Assembly: GCA_963749495.1 (NCBI GenBank)
Contig: CAVVMW010000006.1
Span: 544,001-608,000 of the forward strand
DNA: 64,000 nucleotides
Reading direction: 5' to 3'
Origin: an uncultured bacterium
GTDB taxonomy: Bacteria; Verrucomicrobiota; Verrucomicrobiia; Limisphaerales; UBA8199
Positions 51,951 to 61,828 of this stretch are shown piece after piece. The position numbers and the translations under genes were made by a program. The notes beneath the pieces were generated by a model, which saw only the letters and a program-made list of their open reading frames with translations, did not search any database and had not been told where the DNA came from. Position 1 is the first letter of the stretch. The number at the start of each line of letters is the position of its first letter.

Positions 51951-52748
51951 ATGACGACGAAGAACCCGTTTCCGGGGATGAATCCCTTCTTCGAGCAGGA
52001 ATGGCGGAGTGCGCACACGTCGCTGGTCGTGTATCTGGGAGATGCGCTGCAGGAACGGCTGCCCCCGGATCTGAGGGTGCGCCCCGAAGGGGAGGAAGTC
52101 GTTACCATCGGCGTCGGCGGGCCTGGAAAAACCTACCGCCCGGGTGTGAAGGTCTGCGAGCCGTGGACCCCGAAGGAACCCAGCGCCACCGAGGCGCCGA
52201 CAAGGCCACCCGAAACGCCCGGCACCGAACCGATTCGGGTCGTTCTGGACCAGGAGACGGAGCGTTGGCTTGAGATTCGCGATGACAAGGGCCGGCTGAT
52301 TACCGTGATCGAGTTGCTCAGCCCGAGCAACAAGCTCGAATCCACTGGCCGGGACGACTACCTTCGGAAATGTCGCGACTTTATCAGCGGCGGGGCCAAT
52401 CTGGTGGAGATTGACCTGATCCGGAAAGGCGCTTGGGTCTTCCCCCAGGCCGTTCGGGATGTCCTCCAACACGCGGGCGCTTGCTACGCGGTCAGCGTCT
52501 TTCGGGCGGCGCGCCGTCGCGAGCAGGAAGTGTATCCCATCGGCCTGCGCCAGCGGCTGCCTTGTATCCGCGTTCCCTTGCGCCCGGCCGATGCGGACGT
52601 CGTTGCGGACCTGCAACCCTTGGTTGACCAATGCCACGAGCGGGGCCGCTACCATTTCCTGGAGTATCGGCTGGCGCCCGAGCCGCCACTGGCGCCCGAA
52701 GACGCCGCCTGGGCCAACCAACTCCTTCGCGAACACCAGTTACTCTGA
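51951..52748 (+). CDS. DUF4058 family protein, copy 1
   Basis: PFPGMNPFFE, LEIRD, ITVIELLSPSNK, LVEIDLIR. Confidence 0.88.
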   Translation: MTTKNPFPGMNPFFEQEWRSAHTSLVVYLGDALQERLPPDLRVRPEGEEVVTIGVGGPGKTYRPGVKVCEPWTPKEPSATEAPTRPPETPGTEPIRVVLDQETERWLEIRDDKGRLITVIELLSPSNKLESTGRDDYLRKCRDFISGGANLVEIDLIRKGAWVFPQAVRDVLQHAGACYAVSVFRAARRREQEVYPIGLRQRLPCIRVPLRPADADVVADLQPLVDQCHERGRYHFLEYRLAPEPPLAPEDAAWANQLLREHQLL

Positions 52749-52933
52749 ACCCCGGGCTTCCGGGCGCAGGCAGGTCGTTGGCGGTCCGGTGGCCAGCCAG
52801 CCGGCGGGCAGGGGAGAGGGAGATGCTCCACACGGCTCGTCTGATCCTGAACGTGAAATCGAATAAGCCGCCCTGACGCGGGCAGCGAACCGTTTCATTG
52901 CCGCTGGGGCGGGAGGGTGATAGCCTGGGCTAC

Positions 52934-53728
52934 ATGACGACGAAGAATCCGTTTCCGGGGATGAATCCGTTCTTCGAGCAACGGTGGCGGGGTGCGCACA
53001 CGGCTCTGATCATGTACCTGCGCGATGCGTTGCAGGAACGGCTGCCGCCCGATCTGGTCGCAGAACCGGAGGAGGCATCTGTCACACTCGGCACCGGCCA
53101 GTCGCCTGTCACCTACCTCCCGGATGTGCAGGTCCGCGAGCTGTGGAAGCTGAAGGAACCCAGCGCCACCCAGGCGCCGCCCAAGCCGCCCGAAATGCAT
53201 GCCACCGAACCGATTCGAGTTTTCCTGGACGAGGAGACCGAGCGTTGGCTTGAGATTCGCGATGACAAAGGCCGGCTGATTACCGTGATCGAGTTGCTCA
53301 GCCCGAGCAACAAAGTCGAATCCACTGGCCGGGACGACTACCTTCGGAAACGTCGGGACTTTATCAGTGGCGGGGCCAGCCTGGTGGAGATTAACCTGGT
53401 CCGGAAAGGCGCTTGGGTTTTCGCCCAGGCCGTTCGGAATGAGCTCCAACACGCGGGCGCCTGCTACGCGGTATGTGTCTTCCGGGCGGCGCGTCCGCGC
53501 GAGCAGGAAGTGTATCCCATCGGGTTGCGCCAGCGGCTACCTTCTATCCGCGTTCCCTTGCGCCCGACCGATGCGGACGTCGTAGCGGATCTGCAACCCT
53601 TGGTCAACCAATGCCACGAGCGGGGCCGCTACCATTTCCTGGACTATCGGCTGGCGCCCGAGCCGCCACTGGCGCCCGAAGACGCCGCCTGGGCCAACCA
53701 ACTCCTTCGCGAACACGGTTTGCTCTGA
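52934..53728 (+). CDS. DUF4058 family protein, copy 2
   Basis: Close tandem paralog of copy 1; TTGCCG-17 bp-TAGCCT upstream. Confidence 0.88.
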   Translation: MTTKNPFPGMNPFFEQRWRGAHTALIMYLRDALQERLPPDLVAEPEEASVTLGTGQSPVTYLPDVQVRELWKLKEPSATQAPPKPPEMHATEPIRVFLDEETERWLEIRDDKGRLITVIELLSPSNKVESTGRDDYLRKRRDFISGGASLVEINLVRKGAWVFAQAVRNELQHAGACYAVCVFRAARPREQEVYPIGLRQRLPSIRVPLRPTDADVVADLQPLVNQCHERGRYHFLDYRLAPEPPLAPEDAAWANQLLREHGLL

Positions 53729-53739
53729 ACCTCCGGCTT

Positions 53740-54140
53740 CTGGCAGAAAAATGAGATGGCAGAAAAATGGCTCTTTTCCATTTTTCTGCCGGACGGTGTT
53801 TTTGTGCCCCCATGCTTGCGCCTTTCTCGCCGTCAACCGCCGAGGCCCGCAAGGTTTTGGACTGCGGCAGTCCTCTGCCGCTTTCGTGCGCGCTGGGGTT
53901 GGAAAAGCGGCAGAGGACTGCCGCAGTCCAAAACGCTTCGCGGCTTCCGTCGCCATGCACTAGCCGGTTCATGGTCCGCATGCACGATTTCAAAACCGTC
54001 GAGCCTCTCCATGAACCGTCGCCAAGCCCGCAAGGTTTTGGACTGCGGCAGTCCAAAACGCTTCGCGGCTTCCGTCGCCATGCACTAGCCGGTTCATGGT
54101 CCGCATGCACGATTTCAAAACCGTCGAGCCTCCCCAGGAA
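53740..54140. repeat. Cluster of palindromes with a tandem duplication
   Basis: GGCAGAAAAATG hairpin, TTTTGGACTGCGGCAGTCC family, GGTTCATGG..CCATGAACC; about 53922-54010 repeated at 54047-54135. Confidence 0.8.
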
Positions 54141-54246
54141 CTAAACGCCTCTGCCCGGCACAGCCTCCGGGCTGCTTGACACACCGGCGCCGGACGATAG
54201 CATTCGGCCCATTGAATTGAATGTCGGCCATAACAAGCCTCCCTTT

Positions 54247-56743
54247 ATGCAACACTCCTCCAGACGGAATTTCTTGCTGACACCGAATTGGCGCTTGGCC
54301 CTGTGTGCCGCGGCGCTGGCGCTCGAACGCGGCCGTGGCGCAGAACGATTTGCCAGTCGTCCAAAAGGTTTTTTTGCCGCCCAGCCTGCACATGGGCAAC
54401 ACCGGGATCTCTGCGGTCCAGCCCATCGACGAGGCCGCCTGGATCTGGCACCCGCAGTTCGGGGTGGCGTCGGCGGCGGCGCACGCCGACATCTTCTCCG
54501 GCGGGTGGCGCGAGCCGGTGTTGTTGCGTTTTCGCAAACCGTTTGAGGCCGCTGCCTCGCCCCTGCGCCTCCACGTCAGCGCCGACGAACGCTTCGAACT
54601 GTTCCTGGATGGTCATCGCATCGCGCGCGGCCCCGACCGGTCGGATGTCGAGCACTGGTCCTACGCCACCTATGACGTGACGCTTGCGCCGGGCCCGCAC
54701 CGCCTGGAAGCTCTGGCCTGGAGCATCGGCCCTTATGCTCCGGTGGCGCAGATGTCGTGGCGCGGCGGCTTCGTGCTCAAGGCCGAAGGCGATTACGACC
54801 GGCAGTTGACCACCGGCACGGCGGCTTGGGAGGTCGCCCGGCTCGACGGTTGCCAGTTCACGCCCGGGGTGTTCTTCGTGGGGGCGCAATTGACCGCCCG
54901 CGACTGCGGACCGCAATGGAAGGAGGGCGACTATGTGAGGGCGCAAATCGTCCGGGCAGCGCTCCACAAGACGCCTTACGGCGAAAGCGCGGCGGGCTGG
55001 AAGCTCTTTCCCACGACGCTGCCCGATCAGATCGATCGCGAGATTAGCGCCGGCCGGGCCATGGCGCTGGGCAGCGGCGCCCTGGGACCCGATGACACGG
55101 TGAGCGCGGAGGCGGCGCGGCACCCGGATTTGCCCAATTGGCAGGCGCTCATCGCGGGCACCGAGCCAATCGTGGTCCCGGCAAACTCGGAGCAGTTCCT
55201 GCTCTGGGACCTCGAAAACTATTACTGCGCCTATCCGCTCTGTGAAGTCAGCGGCGGCGCGGGCGCCAGGCTGGCGTGGAGTTGGGCCGAGTCTCTCTAT
55301 CTTCCCAAATCCGAGGCCAAAGGCCGGCGCGATGAGTTTATCGGCAAGACGTTCCGCGGCATGACCGACACATTCCTTCCGGGCGGCGGGGCGCACAAGC
55401 AATTCACCACGCTCTGGTGGCGCGCCGGCCGCTGGTGCCTGATCTCCATCCGGACCGCCGCCCAACCGCTGACCATTCACCGGCTCGCGCTGGACGAGAG
55501 CCGCTATCCCTATGAGAACGAGGGCAGCTTTGATGGCGGAGACCCCGCCCTGACAGGGGTCATTGCGCTGGCGGTGCGCGGCATCCAGATGTGCGCGCAC
55601 GAAACTTACATGGACTGCCCCTTCTACGAGCAACTCATGTACGACGGCGACACGCGCCTGGAACTGCTCACCACCGACGCGATGACGCGCGACGAGCGGC
55701 TGGTCAAGCGCGCCCTCGAGCTGTTTGATTTCTCGCGCCGCAATTGGGGCTTTGTCAATGAGCGCTATCCCTCATATTTGCCCCAGCACTCGCCGACCTT
55801 TTCCCTGATCTGGGCCCTGATGCTCCATGACTATGCCTTCTGGCGCAACGAGCCGGGGTTTGTGAAGGCGCGCGCCATCGGGCTGCGCTCCATGCTCGAG
55901 CACTTCGAGCCTTACCTGAACGGCGAGGGCCTGCTCGAGAAGCTGCCGGGCTGGCCGTTCATGGACTGGGTCCCGCAGTGGTCCGTCGGCAATGCGCCCG
56001 ACGGCGTCGAGGGCATTTCCTCGCTCAACAACCTGCTTTACGTCTATGCCCTGCGCGAATCGGCCGCCGTGGAGGATAGCCTGGGCGAGCCGCTCCTGGC
56101 GCAGCGCCTGCGCGCCAAGGCCGCCCGCACTGCCGCCGCCGTGCGCGCCCGGTTCTGGGACGAGCCGCGCGGCCTGGTGGCCGATAACCTCGCGCACACC
56201 GAGTTCAGCGAGCACGGCCAGTGCCTGGCCCTGCTCAGTGACACGCTCACCGGCGGCCAGGGCCAGCGCTGCTTCGAGCAATTGCTCGCTGCGCCCGACC
56301 TGAAACGGGCGACCATTTACTTCAGCTTTTACTTGCTGGAGACCTGGCAGAAATTCGGCCGCGGCGACCTCATTGTCGAACGGATGGGTTTCTGGAAGGA
56401 CCTGGTCAGCCAGGGACTCAAGACACCGGTCGAGATGCCGGGCGACACGCGCTCGGATTGCCATGCCTGGGGCAGCCACCCGCTCTTCCATCTGCACGCC
56501 AGCGTCGCCGGCGTCCGCCCCGCCTCGGCGGGGTTCCGCACCGTCCGCATTGCGCCCCAGCCGGGCAATCTGCCGAGGATCATCAGCCGCACGCCTCACC
56601 CGGATGGATTCATCGCGCTGGACCTCGCATTCGAGGGCGGCCGCTGCCGCGGGAGCATCCAATTGCCGCCGGGCATCACCGGCACCTTCGTCTGGCGCGA
56701 CAAAGAACAGAAGCTGGCCGGCGGCGCTAATGCGATCCAGTGA
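54247..56743 (+). CDS. GH78-like alpha-L-rhamnosidase; probable Tat leader out of frame near 54320
   Basis: HVSADERF.LFLDG..RGP, MDCPFYEQLMYDGD, RSDCHAWGSHP; MQHSSRRNFLL upstream in another frame. Confidence 0.85.
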
Positions 56744-56795
56744 GTCATGCCTTCTTGCCCTTGTCAATCAGACCCATCCGGCGCAGAGTGTCCGC

Positions 56796-57200
56796 ATGAA
56801 TGAGACTAATCCCGGTCCGGTCGGGCTGGCTGTCACGCCCGAACCACCGCCGTTGCGCGTGGACGAGCATGGCGTCATGCGCGTTGGCCGGACTCGGGTG
56901 ACGCTGGACACATTGGTGGCGGCGTTTCAGCGCGGCGACACGCCGGAAGAAATCGCGCGTAATTACGACGCGTTGTCGCTCCGCGAGGTTTACCAGGCGA
57001 TCGGTTATTACCTGGGGCACGAGGCGGAGGTGAACGCGTATTTGGAGCGGCGCCAGGCCTCGCGGACCGCAGTTCGGGAACAAGCGGAGTCACGGCATAA
57101 TCCGAACGGCATTCGCGAGCGATTGCTCGCTCGCCGGAGGCAAACGGCCTCGTGCAAACGAGCATTCCTGAACAGGAGAAAACAGAGACAACGGAGATAA
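56796..57200 (+). CDS. DUF433 protein (orphan antitoxin-like; tail runs into a palindrome)
   Basis: RVGRTRVTLDTLV..GDTPEEI..Y..LSLREVYQAIGYYL. Confidence 0.85.
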   Translation: MNETNPGPVGLAVTPEPPPLRVDEHGVMRVGRTRVTLDTLVAAFQRGDTPEEIARNYDALSLREVYQAIGYYLGHEAEVNAYLERRQASRTAVREQAESRHNPNGIRERLLARRRQTASCKRAFLNRRKQRQRR

Positions 57201-57260
57201 GAACTCTGTTTCCTCCGTTGCCTCCTGTTAAAGACATGACGACCTGTTTCTTGAACACCA

Positions 57261-57712
57261 CACTGGTTCGTCCGTGGCCGACGTTCACGCAGTCGGCGCG
57301 CAGATTAAGCGAAACAGGCGCCTGACCTGGTTCCGATGAGGCTGTAGCCAGGGACGAGGAGAACGGTAGCGAAATCTATCTGCTCCATGACGTGCTCAGC
57401 AACGACCAGGAGGACCCCGCCACAAAGCCAGCCAGCAAGCTGGATTGGCAGGAGTTCATGGATGGGCCATCAGAGCGTGACTAGGCCGTAATCGAGGGCC
57501 TGGTGGAAGGCAAGCCGCTGTCCAACCCGGCTCCTAAGCGGCACCTGAACAACTCGACCATGATGTATCATAAGCAGCGGTTAGCTCAAGCTATAGCCAG
57601 CTTTATGGGCGCGGATAGCCTCGTCGAGGTCCGGCGCAAGCCAAGATGGATGGATTGCCTTGCCGCCACTCGTGAGAAGATGGCCTGCCGGGAAGAGAGA
57701 AGGCACCTGTAG
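57261..57712 (+). pseudogene. 5-prime truncated, degraded gene resembling a sigma-like mobile-element protein
   Basis: Own translation: TGSSVADVH..LHDVLSNDQEDPA..KLDWQEF..ERD*AVIEGLVEGK..MACREERRHL; internal stop and frameshift. Confidence 0.5.
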
Positions 57713-57724
57713 GCGGTCACCACC

Positions 57725-58024
57725 AATCAACTCCATGTAATCAACCCCTCAACCTCTAACATCTGCTGCCGCGTGGTCCTGCCTGGCCTCCCCTGGGTTG
57801 GACTGGGTAGCGGTGCTGGAGGTTTGGGGGGAGCAGCGGGTTTAATTCCCGCCTTTAGCTATCAGCCGTTGGTGGTCGATGAATCGCCCTCATCTGCAAT
57901 AAACTCCATACCCTCTACATCGGCTCCTGTGGCTCTCTCGATGGAGGGTCACGGGCGTCGGTGTAGAGGACGTGGGGGAGCAGCGGGGCCTTTAGCTGTC
58001 CCCTTTAGCTATGAGCCTGTCGTG
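57725..58024 (+). ncRNA. Two tandem copies of a candidate structured RNA
   Basis: Each has AACTCCAT, a long hairpin closed by CCTCTA.CATC / GGTG.TRGAGG, then GGGGGAGCAGCGGG and CCTTTAGCTATSAGCC. Confidence 0.45.
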
Positions 58025-58025
58025 C

Positions 58026-58613
58026 CTAAAATTCAGTCAGTCGCTCGCCTGATTTCTGTTTGGTGTTGGAGCAGGTCGTTTTAGCTGCGTTCGTCAAAAA
58101 GGGGAATAGGCGCAAAAACAATTTCCTTAACAGAGGTGGTTTTTGGAATAATGGATTTCGCTTCTTTAGAAAAGCCGTTGCTGTCCCGTATTCCTTGCCC
58201 TCTACAACTCGAAGTGTTTCATGTTCAATATCTTCGCCTTCTCCCAGCTTGCTTGTCCAAACACCGTTGGGCAACATACGAGCGGCATGCGTTGGTATTT
58301 CGTCATCATCAACAAAAATAGCAACCTTCTCAAATCCATTCTGAAATCGAGCGTTTTTGCAGACGTAATACCCTTCCGTTGCGAATGCCTTAATAAACTG
58401 TTCTAAACTCGTCGGGTCAATTTGGTCCAACGCAATGGGCCAAAATGCCGTCGGGTCATCAACCGGCCACCACCAACTGTTTCTCTTCCCAGCTGCCCAG
58501 GCAATGCAGTTATAATTCTCGTCCCCAAGCGCCTTAGTGCGGTCGCTAGAGCATTTGAAATTTGCCGTGTGGGCATTTTCAAATCTGCTCGGTATCCAGG
58601 AACAATCTCTCAC
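58026..58613 (-). CDS. Hypothetical protein with YNC and THAAR motifs (DUF7689-like; putative Cys-His catalytic)
   Basis: YNCIAWAAG..WWWP..EKVAIF..PTHAAR..WTSKLG..DIEH; low GC. Confidence 0.75.
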   Translation of the reverse strand: MRDCSWIPSRFENAHTANFKCSSDRTKALGDENYNCIAWAAGKRNSWWWPVDDPTAFWPIALDQIDPTSLEQFIKAFATEGYYVCKNARFQNGFEKVAIFVDDDEIPTHAARMLPNGVWTSKLGEGEDIEHETLRVVEGKEYGTATAFLKKRNPLFQKPPLLRKLFLRLFPFLTNAAKTTCSNTKQKSGERLTEF

Positions 58614-58621
58614 GATGTTCG

Positions 58622-59125
58622 TTAGATGTAATTGTTTTTATACCCCCATTGCAACCATGCGGCTCTGGCGTCCTCGGCGTCCTTCATTCCGTCTGCAACA
58701 TCGGTTCCGGCCATGAGTTTAAGGGCATAAAACCAGCGGTCTGGATTTTTTTGCAACTCATTTAATACAAGCGCCAGGCCGGCGGTTCCCATCGCTATTA
58801 TCCTCAGATAGGCAGGATGTGCGAAAACCTTCGTGAGCGAGGAGTGGAAGAATGTTTCTGCCTTCCAGCGTTCTACAAGGGCATGAAACTCGTTCGCTAA
58901 TTCTTCAGTGCCAGCACATTTTCGATGTGTCGCATTTACGTTCTCCAGTTGACGAAACACCAGTCGTCCTAGCGGCAAGCTCTGGAGTTCTACATCGGCC
59001 GGTTGTTGATACAAAAGGTCTGAGATTGGAGGTTGAACGTTGGCCTCAGTCATCGCTTCTGGATAGAAACCAGGCAGTGCAAAAGCAAGCGCAGCGACGG
59101 ACATATTGTGAAGATTGGAATTCAT
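58622..59125 (-). CDS. Conserved hypothetical helical protein
   Basis: F..LVERWK.ET...SS..HPAY.RII.MG..WFYAL..AWLQWG; low GC. Confidence 0.75.
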   Translation of the reverse strand: MNSNLHNMSVAALAFALPGFYPEAMTEANVQPPISDLLYQQPADVELQSLPLGRLVFRQLENVNATHRKCAGTEELANEFHALVERWKAETFFHSSLTKVFAHPAYLRIIAMGTAGLALVLNELQKNPDRWFYALKLMAGTDVADGMKDAEDARAAWLQWGYKNNYI

Positions 59126-59129
59126 TTAA

Positions 59130-59516
59130 CTATTTTACCTGTGGCTGAGTTGCTTGTTGCTTCTTTGCTCTTTCGACTAATGCTATGAAATGACCCAGAT
59201 TTTGATAAACTGCTTTAGCTGCCTCCAACGGGAGGACGACATCAATATCGACCTCCCGAGCTACCTGATAACCAGGTGGCATCGTAAATTTTGCGTCTGG
59301 TTTCCACGTTCCATTAGCGTCTATTTCCTGTGTAACCGCAGCAGGAAGGGGTTCAACGTCTCTGAACAACGAAAGAACTATATCCTGGTTCCCGTTTATC
59401 CTGCCCCAGGCTCCCATCACATAAAGCGTGCGAAAACCCGGAGTCTTTATGAAGGCGAATGTCACCGCCTGCGAAGTCGGTGCCTCTGGAGCTGATTTTT
59501 TCTCTGTCTCGCTCAT
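59130..59516 (-). CDS. Hypothetical protein (DUF3467-like alpha/beta)
   Basis: FRTLYVMGAWG..IVLSLF.D..REVDIDVVLPLEAAK; first gene of the low-GC operon. Confidence 0.7.
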   Translation of the reverse strand: MSETEKKSAPEAPTSQAVTFAFIKTPGFRTLYVMGAWGRINGNQDIVLSLFRDVEPLPAAVTQEIDANGTWKPDAKFTMPPGYQVAREVDIDVVLPLEAAKAVYQNLGHFIALVERAKKQQATQPQVK

Positions 59517-60155
59517 GTTTCAGGCTTTCGTTTCCCGCGTCGTTGTCTGGACATTCAGTCAAACCGAGGTTACTAGTCAGGTCCGGTGTTTGGGCAGCAT
59601 TCGGCTATTCCGGCTCTTTACAGGCCAGAGGGTTGGCAACGACTTTGAAGATTGCCGATCCCGTCTGCTCGCCGTCATCCACGCTACTACGGCGCCTAGG
59701 GAGAGCTCGTTCCTGGTCGCATTCATTGTGTTCAGCCGTTTGCCAGACTTTACCCTGCAGCGGCCAGGCGTCAACCTCAATCCTGCGTATAAACGGCATA
59801 ACCAGGTCCTCGCCGCCGCCCGCCCCCATCGAACCCTCGCCCGTATGCCCTCAATGTCGAACACCGTTGGCTCCAGAGAGACTTTTATCTCGGTCTGCTG
59901 TGCCTGGAGGTGGTCTTGAGCAGCGAAAGGTTGGAGGCCTCGCGGACGCAGCGGTCCAGGCCAGTGGCGATTGAGAGGATGGAGCCAGAGCCGGGTCCTC
60001 GTTTAATGGCTGGCTGCTGAGGCGTAAACCGGCCCAAGAGCGATTCTGGCGTCTGGGAGGCATGAAGGGGGAGCCGGGAGGAGGGCGAGGGCAGGCAGGG
60101 GCAATGGGCAGTCCGGGAAGGCCGGGACCGTGAAAACCCAATAAAACATGGGGGT

Positions 60156-60341
60156 TTATCCAATTAACAACATCTGGCCCTGGAGCCGGGGCGAATTGGG
60201 GCGGTAATCATCCGGGGCGAGGTCCTCGATGCGCTGAATCTTGCCGTCCAGAAAGCCCCAGCCCAGAGGAGTGTAGGCGACGAAGCCGACGCCCAGTTCC
60301 CGGAAGGCGGCGGGCAGGATTTGGTCCTCCGGGTCGCGGCT
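60156..60341 (-). pseudogene. Aldo/keto reductase internal fragment
   Basis: Own translation: SRDPEDQILPAAFRELGVGFVAYTPLGWGFLDGKIQRIEDLAPDDYRPNSPRLQG. Confidence 0.75.
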
Positions 60342-60521
60342 CTAAGTGAACTTGGGAAAATGTTGGCAAGAGAGAGTGTCACAATGCGGTGGTGGAGATG
60401 CGCCCGCAGACCACGCAGATCACGCAGAATTGAAGGGACGAATGCGAGTTTCTGCGTCATTCTGCGTGATCTGCGGGCATTGAGCCGCGAGAAGGCGCAG
60501 AAGACGCAAAACATGAAGGAC

Positions 60522-61169
60522 CTACGCAGTCGAAGCAGAATGTCCTCGTTCGGCATCGGCGTCCAGCCAGCGAAGGAAGTCGCGAAAGAGGCTGGCCAGG
60601 GCCTTGGGGGTGAAATGGGCGTTGAGGCCGCTGGGGTTGGGCAGCACCCAAACCGGGGCGGCTGCGAGCCTCTCCGGCTGCAGGCCGGCGATGGCCGCAG
60701 GGCGCTCGAAGGCAGACCGGTAGGCGCCGATGCCCAGGACTGCCACGACCCGGGGCCGGCAGCGCTTGACCTTTTCCTCGAGGACTCGGGCGCCAGCGAG
60801 CAATTCCCTCCGGCTGAGATGGTCGGCGGTGGCCGTTGCACGCTCCACGAGGTTGGTAATGCCGTACCCCAAGGGCAGCAACTGGCGCTCCTGGTCCGGG
60901 CGGAGCAAGCGCTCCGTAAAGGCCGAGGCGAAAAGCGCCGGCCAGAAGCGATTGCCGGGCCGCGCAAAGTGATGGCCTGCCCAGGCCGAATAGAGGCCCG
61001 GGTTGATCCCGCAGAAGAGGACTCGCAGACCGGGGCCGATGACATCCGGCACCGTCCGGCCCGCTGCGGCGAGCAACTCGGACCGCGTTGGCCTCCCGTG
61101 GGTTGAACCGCGCCCGCATGGTTTCTCTGGAGCGATCACGACCAGTGGATCAGATTTCCTCGTTTCCAT
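60522..61169 (-). CDS. mug: G/U mismatch-specific DNA glycosylase
   Basis: VLFCGINPGLYS, HFARPGNRFW, GITNLV, VLPNPSGLN. Confidence 0.93.
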   Translation of the reverse strand: METRKSDPLVVIAPEKPCGRGSTHGRPTRSELLAAAGRTVPDVIGPGLRVLFCGINPGLYSAWAGHHFARPGNRFWPALFASAFTERLLRPDQERQLLPLGYGITNLVERATATADHLSRRELLAGARVLEEKVKRCRPRVVAVLGIGAYRSAFERPAAIAGLQPERLAAAPVWVLPNPSGLNAHFTPKALASLFRDFLRWLDADAERGHSASTA

Positions 61170-61378
61170 TGCTTGCTCCTTTGTTCTTCTTTGGTCTCCG
61201 GGTAATTCTTGCACGCAACGGCCCTTTTTCCCAGGGAATTCTCGCAGAAGAACCCAAACGTGGGAGAGGGCAAACGAGACCGGTCTTTGGCCTGCGGATC
61301 GGTGCCGGATGGATCGAGCGCCCTGAGGCTTGAATGCGGCCTTGACGCGCGGTCACAGAGTTCTTAGATTTCAGTCGA

Positions 61379-61576
61379 ATGGCAGTTGCAAAGACCAATG
61401 CCAAGCCGGTCGCGCGCCGAATGCGGAGCCAGCGCCAACTCAACGGCGCCGAACTCGCCCTGCTCTTGCGCAAAGCCGATTCGGCCAAATCGCCCGGGGA
61501 GAGGAAACGCCGGCGGCGGGAGTTTATGCGCGGCTTCTACGGCGACTCTCGGGCTGACGCCTATGCCAAGAGTTAG
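61379..61576 (+). CDS. Small basic protein, candidate antitoxin
   Basis: 65 aa ending FMRGFYGD..; overlaps the next start. Confidence 0.55.
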   Translation: MAVAKTNAKPVARRMRSQRQLNGAELALLLRKADSAKSPGERKRRRREFMRGFYGDSRADAYAKS

Positions 61577-61807
61577 GCGGACAAACGTTCCGCCCGCACT
61601 GCTGGCCCATTTGATCGACCGACGCGCCAAGTGGGGTGTTTCTTACGACGAGATTGCTGCGCTGGCAGACTGGCTGCAATCCAACCCGGAGGTGCCCATT
61701 GGCAGGTGGTTTAAAGATTTCTCGACCTTCGTGGTCTGCGGTGAGGGGAACTGATCAAGACCTTTCTGCCCAAAGGGCGGCTGGCCGAAGGTCAAGAGGT
61801 CTTTTAG
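61563..61807 (+). CDS. Small hypothetical protein, candidate toxin; 1-nt frameshift near 61747
   Basis: MPRVRRTNVPPALLAHL.DR..PEVPIGRWFKDF..VCGEG|ELIKTFL. Confidence 0.6.
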
Positions 61808-61828
61808 CCTGAGCACAGCGCCAATGCC

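Noticed and set aside
59600..59950. Serine recombinase C-terminal remnant (..LVMPFIRRIEVD..)
   Set aside because: Similarity is short and frameshifted; too weak to list as a feature
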